A program made the position numbers and the translations under genes. This document shows positions 1 through 7,833 of a stretch of DNA of 46,977 nt, in pieces. Under the pieces are notes generated by a model. The model was not told where the DNA came from and made no database searches. It saw only the letters and a program-made list of their open reading frames with translations. Numbering within the stretch: the first letter of the stretch is position 1; every line of letters starts with the position of its first letter. Origin of the DNA: an uncultured Dehalococcoidales bacterium (lineage in GTDB: Bacteria > Chloroflexota > Dehalococcoidia > Dehalococcoidales > BS750m-G39); NCBI GenBank assembly GCA_964456815.1, contig CAYWCO010000001.1, positions 1 through 46,977 of the forward strand, written 5' to 3'.

Positions 1-580
1 TCGGGATGCCCATCCAGTCAGAGAATTCCAGAATCTTCTCAGGCTCATTTTCCATAACCTTATCATAATAGCCTATCGCATCTAGCATAATTGCTCCGCC
101 AGTGTGCTTGGGGAAATTCTCATTGGCCAGACCCTTATCCCAGCCCTGATATACATAATGGCGGTATTTCATCCACCCCGGGGTAAGCCAATAGACATCC
201 TTACCCTCGCTTATTCTCTCCCTCTCCTCCTCGCTGGCCAGCATGTCAATACAGTGAGAGGCTTTTATTCTGGAAATCCTGATTCCAGGTTCCTCTTGTT
301 CCTGAATTATGGTGTCTATCTTTCGATATGGATTATCGGCATTAACGTAGCAGAACTTACCGCCGTAGACCACGATGACGTTAGAAGCGTAGGTCTTGGC
401 TGTACCTAGCTGTTTAATAAGCTGGCTTTCAAGTTTCCGGGGCACTTCATGGCGGCCGGGCTTGGTATAAAGAATTTTCTTGGCATCCAGAAAGCCACTG
501 TTTCTAAGATAGTTCAGTTCCATACTGAGCGTGCCGCAGGCAACAATGGCATAGTCCTGAAACGAGACACGTTTCTCCAT
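1..580 (-). CDS. DUF1638-like protein (3'-partial; C-terminus lies beyond the window start)
   Basis: Absent from the ORF track because it runs off the edge. ATG at 580-578 follows AAAAGGGGGAAAGC. Hand translation gives 193 stop-free codons: MEKRVSFQDYAIVACGTLSMEL...VVYGGKFC...SHCIDML...YWLTPGW. This resembles the DUF1638 pattern. Confidence 0.55.
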   Translation of the reverse strand, partial: MEKRVSFQDYAIVACGTLSMELNYLRNSGFLDAKKILYTKPGRHEVPRKLESQLIKQLGTAKTYASNVIVVYGGKFCYVNADNPYRKIDTIIQEQEEPGIRISRIKASHCIDMLASEEERERISEGKDVYWLTPGWMKYRHYVYQGWDKGLANENFPKHTGGAIMLDAIGYYDKVMENEPEKILEFSDWMGIP

Positions 581-666
581 GCTTTCCCCCTTTTAAGTTA
601 GAAATGCTTCCAGTCAGAGAAAGTAACTCGTGGGACTCCTCGAATCCTTCCGGAGTATAATCTCCC

Positions 667-1203
667 TTACCTGGGCAGCTGCACTAATACCTGGGACAGC
701 TGCTCGTTGGCCTTTTTCAACTCTTGTGCTGCTTGTAATGCGCTATTATAAATTGGATTGCCCTCCAAGTTATTGGATTTCTCCACCCATTTGTTGAATT
801 TCTCGGCATGCTTTTTGTTATGCTCGACCCACGAGGTCAAAAGCACTTTAAGTCTCCCAGTTTCATCAGTCGGGAACCTCTTTAGGATATCCTCAACCAT
901 TGTTCGGATAGTATTCTCAGGCACCGCCCCGAGGATTTCGTCTACCTTTTCACCATCACCAAAGAACATCTGCATGGGTATACTCATAATCTGATATTTC
1001 ACCGCTGTGCGCTGGTTCTCATCCACATTCAGCTTGCAGAACTTGAACCTGCCATCATACTCCTCTGAGAGCTTGTCGTATATAGGTGAAACCATCATAC
1101 AGGGGCCACACCAGGGCGCCCAGAAATCGACCTCTGTGGGAAGGTCTGAGTTCAGGACTTCCTCTTCAAAATTTTGATCCGTAATTTCTGTTACTTTGCT
1201 CAT
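667..1203 (-). CDS. trxA: Thioredoxin, long form (canonical WCGPC domain plus a ~70-aa helical C-terminal extension)
   Basis: FWAPWCGPC active site and a thioredoxin fold over the first ~108 aa. The extra tail reads TDETGRLKVLLTSWVEHNKKHAEKF... Confidence 0.88.
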   Translation of the reverse strand: MSKVTEITDQNFEEEVLNSDLPTEVDFWAPWCGPCMMVSPIYDKLSEEYDGRFKFCKLNVDENQRTAVKYQIMSIPMQMFFGDGEKVDEILGAVPENTIRTMVEDILKRFPTDETGRLKVLLTSWVEHNKKHAEKFNKWVEKSNNLEGNPIYNSALQAAQELKKANEQLSQVLVQLPR

Positions 1204-1253
1204 ACTACCTCCTTCTTGATTGATTGTTAACCTACAACTACATTAGGGACATA

Positions 1254-2174
1254 TCACCCTTGCTCTTGAACATATTTAAAGGCGGACATAGCAGCAGTGA
1301 CACCGTCTCCGACCGCAGCGGCGATCTGGCGAGGTGAGCTCCTACGGATGTCGCCAGCGGCGAAAATTCCAGAAGCTGAGGTCGCCATCGTTTCATCAGT
1401 GACGATATAACCGGCATCGTCCAGCTCAAGAATGTTGAAAAAGCCCCGGCTGTTGGGCATGAGCCCTACAGCAACGAAGACTCCGTTAACTTTCAAGTTA
1501 GACTGCTGGCCTGTTTTCACATGGCGTAGTTTAAGCTCCTCCAGTACTTTATCCCCCGAAACCTCTTCCACCACCGTGTCCCAGATGAACTCCAGCTTGG
1601 GATGGGCAAATGCCCGCTCTTGGAGAGCCCTTCCTGCCCGGAGCTGGTCTCGCCGATGTATTACGTAGACTTTACTGGCATGCTGACTTAGCTCCAGAGC
1701 ATCAGTAATAGCGGTATCACCCCCTCCTACTACCGCTACCTCACGGTTGCGGAAGAAGAAGCCATCACAAGTAGCGCAGTAGGAAACACCGCGACCAGAC
1801 AGCCTTTCCTCGCCCGCAACTTCCAGCTTACGATACTCTGAACCAGCAGCGATGATTACGGCCGAAGCTTCAAGGTTACCCTCAGTGGTTGAAATACTAT
1901 AATAGGGCTGCTCTTGAGAAATGCCTATGACCTCAGTGGTTGCTACCTCCAGACCGTATCTGACTGCCTGCCGATGCATGAGCGAACCCAGCTCGGAGCC
2001 AGCTATGCCCTCAGGAAAACCAGGGTAATTCTCCACCAGCGCAGCATTGACCATCTGGCCCCCTAACATCCCTCGCTCCAGCAGCAAGCTTCTGAGTCCT
2101 GCCCGTGAGGTGTAAAGACCAGCAGTAAGTCCAGCAGGGCCACCCCCAATAATGATTACGTCATACCTAGCCAT
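1254..2174 (-). CDS. trxB: Thioredoxin-disulfide reductase (low-Mr NTR)
   Basis: GGGPAG FAD motif, CATC redox dithiol (SYCATCDG), GGGDTA and HRRDQLR NADPH motif; 306 aa. Confidence 0.92.
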   Translation of the reverse strand: MARYDVIIIGGGPAGLTAGLYTSRAGLRSLLLERGMLGGQMVNAALVENYPGFPEGIAGSELGSLMHRQAVRYGLEVATTEVIGISQEQPYYSISTTEGNLEASAVIIAAGSEYRKLEVAGEERLSGRGVSYCATCDGFFFRNREVAVVGGGDTAITDALELSQHASKVYVIHRRDQLRAGRALQERAFAHPKLEFIWDTVVEEVSGDKVLEELKLRHVKTGQQSNLKVNGVFVAVGLMPNSRGFFNILELDDAGYIVTDETMATSASGIFAAGDIRRSSPRQIAAAVGDGVTAAMSAFKYVQEQG

Positions 2175-2200
2175 TGTCTGCCCCCGTTCTTAAAGTGGGA

Positions 2201-2449
2201 TTACTTGATGTCTTCCAGAGGCCTCTTGAATGGATCAATGGCACTGGGTATTTTGGCAGGTGCCTCAAATTGCCCATCGGGTTTCACCCCAGAAGTGCCA
2301 GGGTTACTAACCCCGGTTGCTTCCCCTGGCTTCTCGATATGCCCCCGATATTTCTTACTGAAACACAAGTAGTAGTGTCTGCCGCGGTAAAGGGCACATT
2401 CCCTGCATAATTTCCCAGTGAAGGGACATATCATCTCTTCCTTAGCCAC
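2201..2449 (-). CDS. Small Cys-rich protein of unknown family (82 aa) with C-terminal tail PSAIDPFKRPLEDIK
   Basis: GTG start 8 nt after GGAGG. N-terminal C-x6-C-x2-C-x12-C (ICPFTGKLCRECALYRGRHYYLC). Sits tightly inside the operon, 15 nt after the methyltransferase and 26 nt before trxB. Confidence 0.6.
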   Translation of the reverse strand: MAKEEMICPFTGKLCRECALYRGRHYYLCFSKKYRGHIEKPGEATGVSNPGTSGVKPDGQFEAPAKIPSAIDPFKRPLEDIK

Positions 2450-2464
2450 GATCTATACCTCCAG

Positions 2465-3178
2465 TCAAGTACTAACTACCCCTCGTTTGCCTGCCACTAT
2501 TATCGTAAATCCAGCATCGGGGAAATAGCCTTCCCTTGGCTCTTCCACGTGCTGCACCTTGCCCGGCTGTTGAAAAAGCGTGGAAACAACCCTTTCCGTA
2601 GAAAAGCCCGCCTGTTCCAGCAACTTCAGTGCCTCATCATATGTGTAGAAGGTAACAAATTTATAAAAACGGTGCCCCTGCGCCTTCTGCGTCTGATAAA
2701 ACTGACCCCAGGGACTTTCCTTTAAGACCAGCCCCAGCACTATCTTGCCGCCGGGTATCAGGGTGCGGTTGGCTTCCTTTAAAACGTCCAGAGGAGAGTC
2801 CAGGAAACACAGGGTAACAATCAAAAAGACCGTACCGAATAATTCTTCATCAAAGAACTCCTGCTCTCCCCTTCCTAGAAAGGCACTTATCCCTCTCTTC
2901 CTTGCCATCTCAACGAGCTTGATTGAAGGGTCAATACCAGTCTCTATTCCCAGAGCTTGGGCAAAGCGGCCGCTACCGACACCTATCTCAAGCCATGCCT
3001 TTGGCAGGGACGGCGGGAGTGACTTAAACGCCTGTGCCTCAATTAAGAAGATAAGGCTTCCCTCTCTATCAAACCAGGCATCATATTCTGTAGCCAGGTC
3101 ATCGAAGGGAGACCGCTCAGCGTTCTTCTGCCGTCTCCCCGTATTTGATTTTCGAGTCCTGGAATTGGTTGGCGGCAT
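2465..3178 (-). CDS. Class I SAM-dependent methyltransferase
   Basis: LEIGVGSGRF motif I and a Methyltransf_11-like layout. I prefer the ATG at 3178 (AAGGAGGAAAT upstream) over the track start at 3220, which would overlap cooT. Confidence 0.8.
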   Translation of the reverse strand: MPPTNSRTRKSNTGRRQKNAERSPFDDLATEYDAWFDREGSLIFLIEAQAFKSLPPSLPKAWLEIGVGSGRFAQALGIETGIDPSIKLVEMARKRGISAFLGRGEQEFFDEELFGTVFLIVTLCFLDSPLDVLKEANRTLIPGGKIVLGLVLKESPWGQFYQTQKAQGHRFYKFVTFYTYDEALKLLEQAGFSTERVVSTLFQQPGKVQHVEEPREGYFPDAGFTIIVAGKRGVVST

Positions 3179-3191
3179 ATTTCCTCCTTGG

Positions 3192-3395
3192 TCAAGCTTT
3201 GTCAGCTTTGACACTCTCATTGAGCAGTATCTTCGAGGTCGAGAAATCTATTTCGACCACTCTGCCCGATATAACCCTTTCCTCGCCAAACAGTGTCTCC
3301 AGTTCCACCCGGTCTTCATGCAGTCGCATATGAGCGATGTCCTGAGCAAGCGGCTTTTTGCCCCACTTATTTAGATAAGCCTTAGCAAGACACAT
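3192..3395 (-). CDS. cooT: CooT-family nickel-binding protein
   Basis: 67 aa starting MC-AK with Cys2. The pattern MCxAKxxL...TLFxEE...G...ID...I.L.E matches my recollection of Rhodospirillum CooT. It lies directly downstream of cooC. Confidence 0.7.
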   Translation of the reverse strand: MCLAKAYLNKWGKKPLAQDIAHMRLHEDRVELETLFGEERVISGRVVEIDFSTSKILLNESVKADKA

Positions 3396-3428
3396 ATTCG
3401 CACCTCCTCTTGAGCGGCTAGGCCCACG

Positions 3429-4208
3429 TTATCCCGGTGCTGGCAGACCTGCCTTTGCAAGGATGCGGTCCAAGGCATTCTTGATCTCCCGCACCGCTAC
3501 CCCCTTCACCGGGGTTCTACCGTCTAGACTTGAACTGAAAATATCGGCGTCAAAGTATATACACCCGACCACCCCAATGTGCCGCTCCTGTAATTCCATT
3601 TTCAGTCTGGTGGCTATCTCTTCTGATGGCACCTTATTCAGGATAGCCCAGACATTCTTGATGCCAATTCCTGAAGCCAAGTCGTGTATCTTCTGACCTA
3701 CATTTACTGATTCCAGAGGAGGCTCTACCACAATCAGTACACTGTCAATGCTCGTCTCAACGCCCCGGCCGAAATGCTCTACCCCCGCTTCCATATCCAC
3801 GATAGCCAGCTCGCCTTTCGCCAAAGCGAGCTTCTTTAAGAACTCGCGACTTAATACCCCCATGGGGCAGGCACAGCCTTCCAGGGACTGGAGTATCTTG
3901 CCGATGCCGACCAGCGTAAGACCATCTTTCTGAACCAAATGCTGAGGTGGTAAATCCTCCAACGCGATGCGGCTTTCGGCAAGAACGCTTGGCTGCCCCA
4001 TCTTTCGCTGCAGACTCTTCTTGCCACCGACAAGCTCCATGAGAGGCACAGGCGGGTAGTCAAAGCCCAGCATGCTGAAAAGTCCCGAATTGGACTCATC
4101 CGAGTCCACCACCAGCACACGGTAACCCCTGAGTCGTGCTTCGTTTGCCAGCAGGGCAACTACAGTACTTTTGCCACTTCCCCCCTTACCGCAGACCGAT
4201 ATCTTCAT
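3429..4208 (-). CDS. cooC: CooC-type P-loop NTPase (Ni-insertion accessory protein family)
   Basis: Deviant Walker A CGKGGSGKST, a CxC metal motif (EGCACPMG) and a MinD/ParA-like fold length of 259 aa. Confidence 0.82.
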   Translation of the reverse strand: MKISVCGKGGSGKSTVVALLANEARLRGYRVLVVDSDESNSGLFSMLGFDYPPVPLMELVGGKKSLQRKMGQPSVLAESRIALEDLPPQHLVQKDGLTLVGIGKILQSLEGCACPMGVLSREFLKKLALAKGELAIVDMEAGVEHFGRGVETSIDSVLIVVEPPLESVNVGQKIHDLASGIGIKNVWAILNKVPSEEIATRLKMELQERHIGVVGCIYFDADIFSSSLDGRTPVKGVAVREIKNALDRILAKAGLPAPG

Positions 4209-4228
4209 CGTTTGTCACCCTTCCCTGT

Positions 4229-4441
4229 TTACATTCTTACTATCTCGATTGCCTTCAGAGGGCAGGCACGGACGCAGTCTCCACAACCCTGGCAGACAGA
4301 CGGGTCTGTCATTGGTATATCGTAGGGTGTCTCCTGCTTGAGCAGCTTGTGAGAACACGCCAGGGCAGCAGCACAAATGCCGCTGTCACACTTTTCTGGA
4401 TGGCATTTCTTATAATCTACTAATGCCATCTTGCTTGGCAT
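4229..4441 (-). CDS. Small 2x[4Fe-4S] ferredoxin with an RLI-like first cluster motif
   Basis: KKCHPEKCDSGICAAALAC plus canonical CQGCGDCVRACP. The start shares 1 nt with the stop of the upstream thioredoxin-like gene (TGATG). Confidence 0.8.
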   Translation of the reverse strand: MPSKMALVDYKKCHPEKCDSGICAAALACSHKLLKQETPYDIPMTDPSVCQGCGDCVRACPLKAIEIVRM

Positions 4442-4935
4442 CAGCCTTTCTTTTCAGCCTCCCTTGCCTTCTCTAGCTCCTCCTCTAGCTCCTCCAGCTC
4501 CTGCACCATCGACGGGTGTACTGAGTGAGCTGGCCATCGAGCCTTGAGGTCAGCGATTTTGTCCTCAGTCTCTTTTATCCTATCTGTGCCCGGCTCTTTA
4601 GCTATTACATGCCCCAGCAAGCGCCTCAATGACTTATGGTCCTGAAAACCGAGCAGTTTCCTTACCGGCTGAGAGTCTTTAAAAAGTAATATGGTTGGCA
4701 CAACCATGATGCGATACCGGGCTGACGTATCGGGACTTCCCTCTATATCCACCCTCACAAACTTCACGTTGCCTTCATATTCTTTTACCAATTCATCGGC
4801 AAAAAGACATGTAGGATAACATGTGTGGCACCATCGCGCAGTGAAGCACGTGAACACTGGGAGTTCACATTCCAGCACTTCTTTGTCGAAATTTCGGTCG
4901 GTAATGTCTATCATCTCTGCAGTCGGCTGGGTCAC
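4441..4935 (-). CDS. Thioredoxin-like protein, atypical WCHTC site plus a ~60-aa acidic coiled C-terminal extension
   Basis: FTARWCHTCYPTC and a thioredoxin fold. The tail reads DLKARWPAHSVHPSMVQELEELEEELEKAREAEKKG. It overlaps the Fur gene stop by 4 nt. Confidence 0.8.
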   Translation of the reverse strand: MTQPTAEMIDITDRNFDKEVLECELPVFTCFTARWCHTCYPTCLFADELVKEYEGNVKFVRVDIEGSPDTSARYRIMVVPTILLFKDSQPVRKLLGFQDHKSLRRLLGHVIAKEPGTDRIKETEDKIADLKARWPAHSVHPSMVQELEELEEELEKAREAEKKG

Positions 4936-5363
4936 TGCGTCTTCCCCTGCTCCTCACACTCCGGACAGTAACCCTCAAGGTATAACTCGGCTTTAGTCAC
5001 CCTGAAGCCATGCTCTCGCCTTACTGCCTTGATCAACTTCTGGAAGTAGGGGTTCTGAAATTCGATGACTTTGCCGCATCCCTGGCAGACTAGGTGCTGA
5101 TGCTCAGGCGATTGCTTTATCTCGTAGTAGCAACGAACCTTGCCCAGCCTCATCTCATCAACCAGCCCCAGTTCCTTGAAGAGGTTAAGTGTGCGGTATA
5201 CCGTCGCTGGACTTATAGACTCATCCCGGGCACTAGCACGATGGTACAGCTCTTTAGCGTCAATATGCCCTTCAGCATCGCGCAATAGCTCTAGAAGTAG
5301 GCACCGCTGAGCTGTCATTGAATGACCGTGAATTTCTCTGTCTTTTTTGAGATTGAGACTCAT
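4932..5363 (-). CDS. Fur-family metalloregulator (Fur/PerR/Nur type not resolvable)
   Basis: Winged-helix N-domain (ATVYRTLNLF), HQHLVCQGCG and CPEC structural-Zn CxxC pairs. ATG at 5363 is preferred over the track's TTG at 5369. Confidence 0.85.
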   Translation of the reverse strand: MSLNLKKDREIHGHSMTAQRCLLLELLRDAEGHIDAKELYHRASARDESISPATVYRTLNLFKELGLVDEMRLGKVRCYYEIKQSPEHQHLVCQGCGKVIEFQNPYFQKLIKAVRREHGFRVTKAELYLEGYCPECEEQGKTQ

Positions 5364-5370
5364 TATCAAT
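5352..5370 (-). promoter_or_regulatory. Candidate Fur-family operator (9-1-9 imperfect palindrome) overlapping the Fur start codon
   Basis: Minus strand reads ATTGATAATGAGTCTCAAT. 7 of 9 arm positions are self-complementary, and it contains the GATAATGA half of the classical Fur box. Confidence 0.4.
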
Positions 5371-5376
5371 TTGCAT

Positions 5377-5404
5377 TTTATACGACTTCGACCTCTTTTG
5401 TCAA
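5377..5404 (-). promoter_or_regulatory. Sigma-70-like promoter of the Fur-led operon
   Basis: Minus strand reads TTGACA (5404-5399), 16 nt, TATAAA (5382-5377). The predicted TSS is only a few nt before the ATG at 5363. Confidence 0.5.
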
Positions 5405-5772
5405 GAAGGGGCTAATGTCTCCGTTAGCGGTTCACTGAAGCCAGACGAAGTTACCCATAGAGTTAACCATGCCTTGAAGGTGGTAGGAGCATCGCAGAAG
5501 TTGAGGAGTTACCTTAGGTGGTATTAAAGCCTCACGCATCACAAAAGGGCGGATTGTTGGCTATCAGTTGCACACCCTAGTCCTTACTGCTACAATTACC
5601 TCTGCTGAGAGTTAGGTGGTTAGATAGTAAGGCTAAAAGCTAGTTCGAAAGTTCTGTCTATCGTCCAGTACCGCCCACCATAAAGCTAGAGGGTCTGTGC
5701 CAGACCTCCTGGTTAAGGATTTATCCTCACCCAGCGTACCGACTGCAGAAGTCCCAAAACTTTAGAATTATA

Positions 5773-5801
5773 TTTACAAACCAATAAAGAAACGTTAGTA
5801 T
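5773..5801 (+). promoter_or_regulatory. Promoter of the marR-MATE unit
   Basis: TTTACA (5773-5778), 17 nt, TAGTAT (5796-5801). Confidence 0.5.
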
Positions 5802-5814
5802 AGATATAGTTAAG

Positions 5815-5849
5815 AATGCATACTATATATATCATAAACTATATGCATT
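5815..5849. promoter_or_regulatory. Inverted repeat AATGCATA-N19-TATGCATT, candidate MarR operator
   Basis: Perfect 8-bp arms at 5815-5822 and 5842-5849, just downstream of the predicted -10 and upstream of the marR RBS. Confidence 0.4.
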
Positions 5850-5882
5850 AGATGACCCTTCATCTACCAAGGAGTTAAAAAG

Positions 5883-6338
5883 ATGCAAAATGAGCTCTTG
5901 GATAGAATCACTGCAGACTTATTATCCGTTCCACCTCTTATCTTTAGAGGAACACGCAGAAAACTGCTTAAGACAGCGCTTGCCAATATTGACCCAGATA
6001 TTACACCACTCCATTTTGAGATTATGAAGCTGCTGCATGAAGCAGGAACACTCCACCCCGCCGAAATCGGGGAAAGGCTACTGGTAGCCAGAGCCCAGAT
6101 GACCCATCTGATAGATAAGCTGGTGGACTTGGGTATAGTCGAAAGGCAGGCGAATACTGCCGACAGAAGAATGACAAATATTCTGCTCACCACGGAAGGC
6201 GAAGCCTTTTTCGAAGAACACGATAGCAACATAAAGAATGCGATAAAAGAAACTCTGTCCTACCTCACCGATGAAGAACTGGAGGGTTTATCAGATTCAC
6301 TGCGAAAACTGCGAGATATATTAGCGAAATTGCAGTAA
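5883..6338 (+). CDS. MarR-family transcriptional regulator
   Basis: Winged HTH (LHPAEIGERLLVARAQMTHLIDKLVDLGIVERQANTADRR); RBS GGAG 8 nt upstream. Confidence 0.85.
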   Translation: MQNELLDRITADLLSVPPLIFRGTRRKLLKTALANIDPDITPLHFEIMKLLHEAGTLHPAEIGERLLVARAQMTHLIDKLVDLGIVERQANTADRRMTNILLTTEGEAFFEEHDSNIKNAIKETLSYLTDEELEGLSDSLRKLRDILAKLQ

Positions 6339-6393
6339 CTGAAATCCTGTGTCCACTGTTACAGTATAACTTAGAAGGATATGTAATTAGCCA

Positions 6394-7833
6394 GTGAGTA
6401 ATCAGAATCAAAGCGTACTTGACGATGACCGAATCGGCCGGTTGCTGCTGAAACTATCCCTTCCCGCGTTTCTCGGCATGTTTGTCATGACATTATACAA
6501 CGTGGTAGACACAATTTTTATTGGTCACTACGTTGGTCACCTCGGTATTGCCGGGCTTTCCATAGTTTTCCCCATCCAAATGCTGTCAATAGGAATTGGG
6601 GAAATGACGGGCATGGGCGGCGCATCATTGGTTTCAAGGTTAATCGGAGCCGGTAACATCCCCAGGGCAGAGCGCGCTATCGGTAACGCTATAACTACTA
6701 CTATTGTGCTATCAGCCATACTGATGACCGCCGGCTTAGCCAATCCAGACTTCTGGCTCAGGCTTATGGGCTCGTCGGAGACTATCCTCCCCTATGCCAG
6801 AGACTACATGACAATTATTCTCATCGGCATGTTTTTCATGATCTTCGCCATGGCATTAAATAGCCTAATAAGAGCCGAGGGAAATGCCCGCATACCGATG
6901 ATCGGAATGATAATAGGCGCTGTATTGAATATTATCCTTGATGCCATATTCATCATACCGCTGGGCATGGGGATAAAGGGAGCAGCGCTGGCTACCGTGA
7001 TAGCACAGCTAATTTCTGCCTTATACTTGATGAGCTATTATTTTGCTGGAAAGAGCTTCCTTAAAATTCATTCCAGAAACTTAATCGTTGAATGGAATAT
7101 TCTGAAAGCAATCCTTGCTATAGGAGTCGCCTCGTTTGCTAGGCTGCTGGCTGCGAGCCTATCCGCCGTTTTTGTGAATAGAATGCTTGTTGCCTATGGT
7201 GGTGACTATGCCGTGTCTGCCTTTGGCATCATTAACCGTATAATGATGTTTGCCATTATGCCCGGCATCGTTATCGGTGCTGGGCTTCAGCCGATACTCG
7301 GCTTCAATTACGGGGCAAAGCGCTATGACAGTGCGCTAAAGGCAATAAAGTTAGCCATTGCTGCGGCAACCGCGTGTTGCGTTGTAGTATTTATAGTTCT
7401 CTATTTCGCCCCGGAACCGTTTATTCGCCTTTTCACTACTGATAACGAGTTGATTGCCCTTAGCTCTTATGCTGCAAAGCGAATCTTCCTGGCTCTGTAT
7501 CTGATAGGCTTTATGATGGTCGGTTCACTGGTCTTCCAGTCAATCGGGAAGGCTACCCAGTCATTCGTCACTGCTATATCAAGGCCCTTTCTGTTCCTGA
7601 TTCCCCTGATATTCATACTGCCACAATTCTTACAGCTAGACGGCGTGTGGCTGGCATTTCCAATAGCCGATGCACTTGCATTCCTACTAACCCTCGCTCT
7701 ACTTCTCCCTCAGATAAGGGAACTCCGGAGTATGGACCTGTCAGCGAAAAGGGGGGGGCTACTACTCAGACCTGAGCACTGCGGTGAGGTTAAGTCGGGA
7801 GGTGTTACAAGCGGGATAAAATCCGAGGAATAA
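6394..7833 (+). CDS. MATE-family efflux transporter
   Basis: 12-TM profile and a typical N-terminus (LLKLSLPAFLGMFVMTLYNVVDTIFIGH). The last ~30 codons overlap an antisense gene relic, so the true C-terminus is uncertain. Confidence 0.88.
   Translation: MSNQNQSVLDDDRIGRLLLKLSLPAFLGMFVMTLYNVVDTIFIGHYVGHLGIAGLSIVFPIQMLSIGIGEMTGMGGASLVSRLIGAGNIPRAERAIGNAITTTIVLSAILMTAGLANPDFWLRLMGSSETILPYARDYMTIILIGMFFMIFAMALNSLIRAEGNARIPMIGMIIGAVLNIILDAIFIIPLGMGIKGAALATVIAQLISALYLMSYYFAGKSFLKIHSRNLIVEWNILKAILAIGVASFARLLAASLSAVFVNRMLVAYGGDYAVSAFGIINRIMMFAIMPGIVIGAGLQPILGFNYGAKRYDSALKAIKLAIAAATACCVVVFIVLYFAPEPFIRLFTTDNELIALSSYAAKRIFLALYLIGFMMVGSLVFQSIGKATQSFVTAISRPFLFLIPLIFILPQFLQLDGVWLAFPIADALAFLLTLALLLPQIRELRSMDLSAKRGGLLLRPEHCGEVKSGGVTSGIKSEE

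Noticed and set aside
104-409. 101-aa plus-strand ORF from the track.
   Set aside because: It lies wholly antisense to a longer, RBS-preceded, family-recognisable minus-strand gene (1..580). It has no RBS and a hydrophobic, low-complexity translation.
2745-3374. 209-aa plus-strand ORF across the methyltransferase and cooT genes.
   Set aside because: It is antisense to two well-supported genes. The product is Ser/Pro/Arg-rich as expected for an antisense frame, and there is no RBS.
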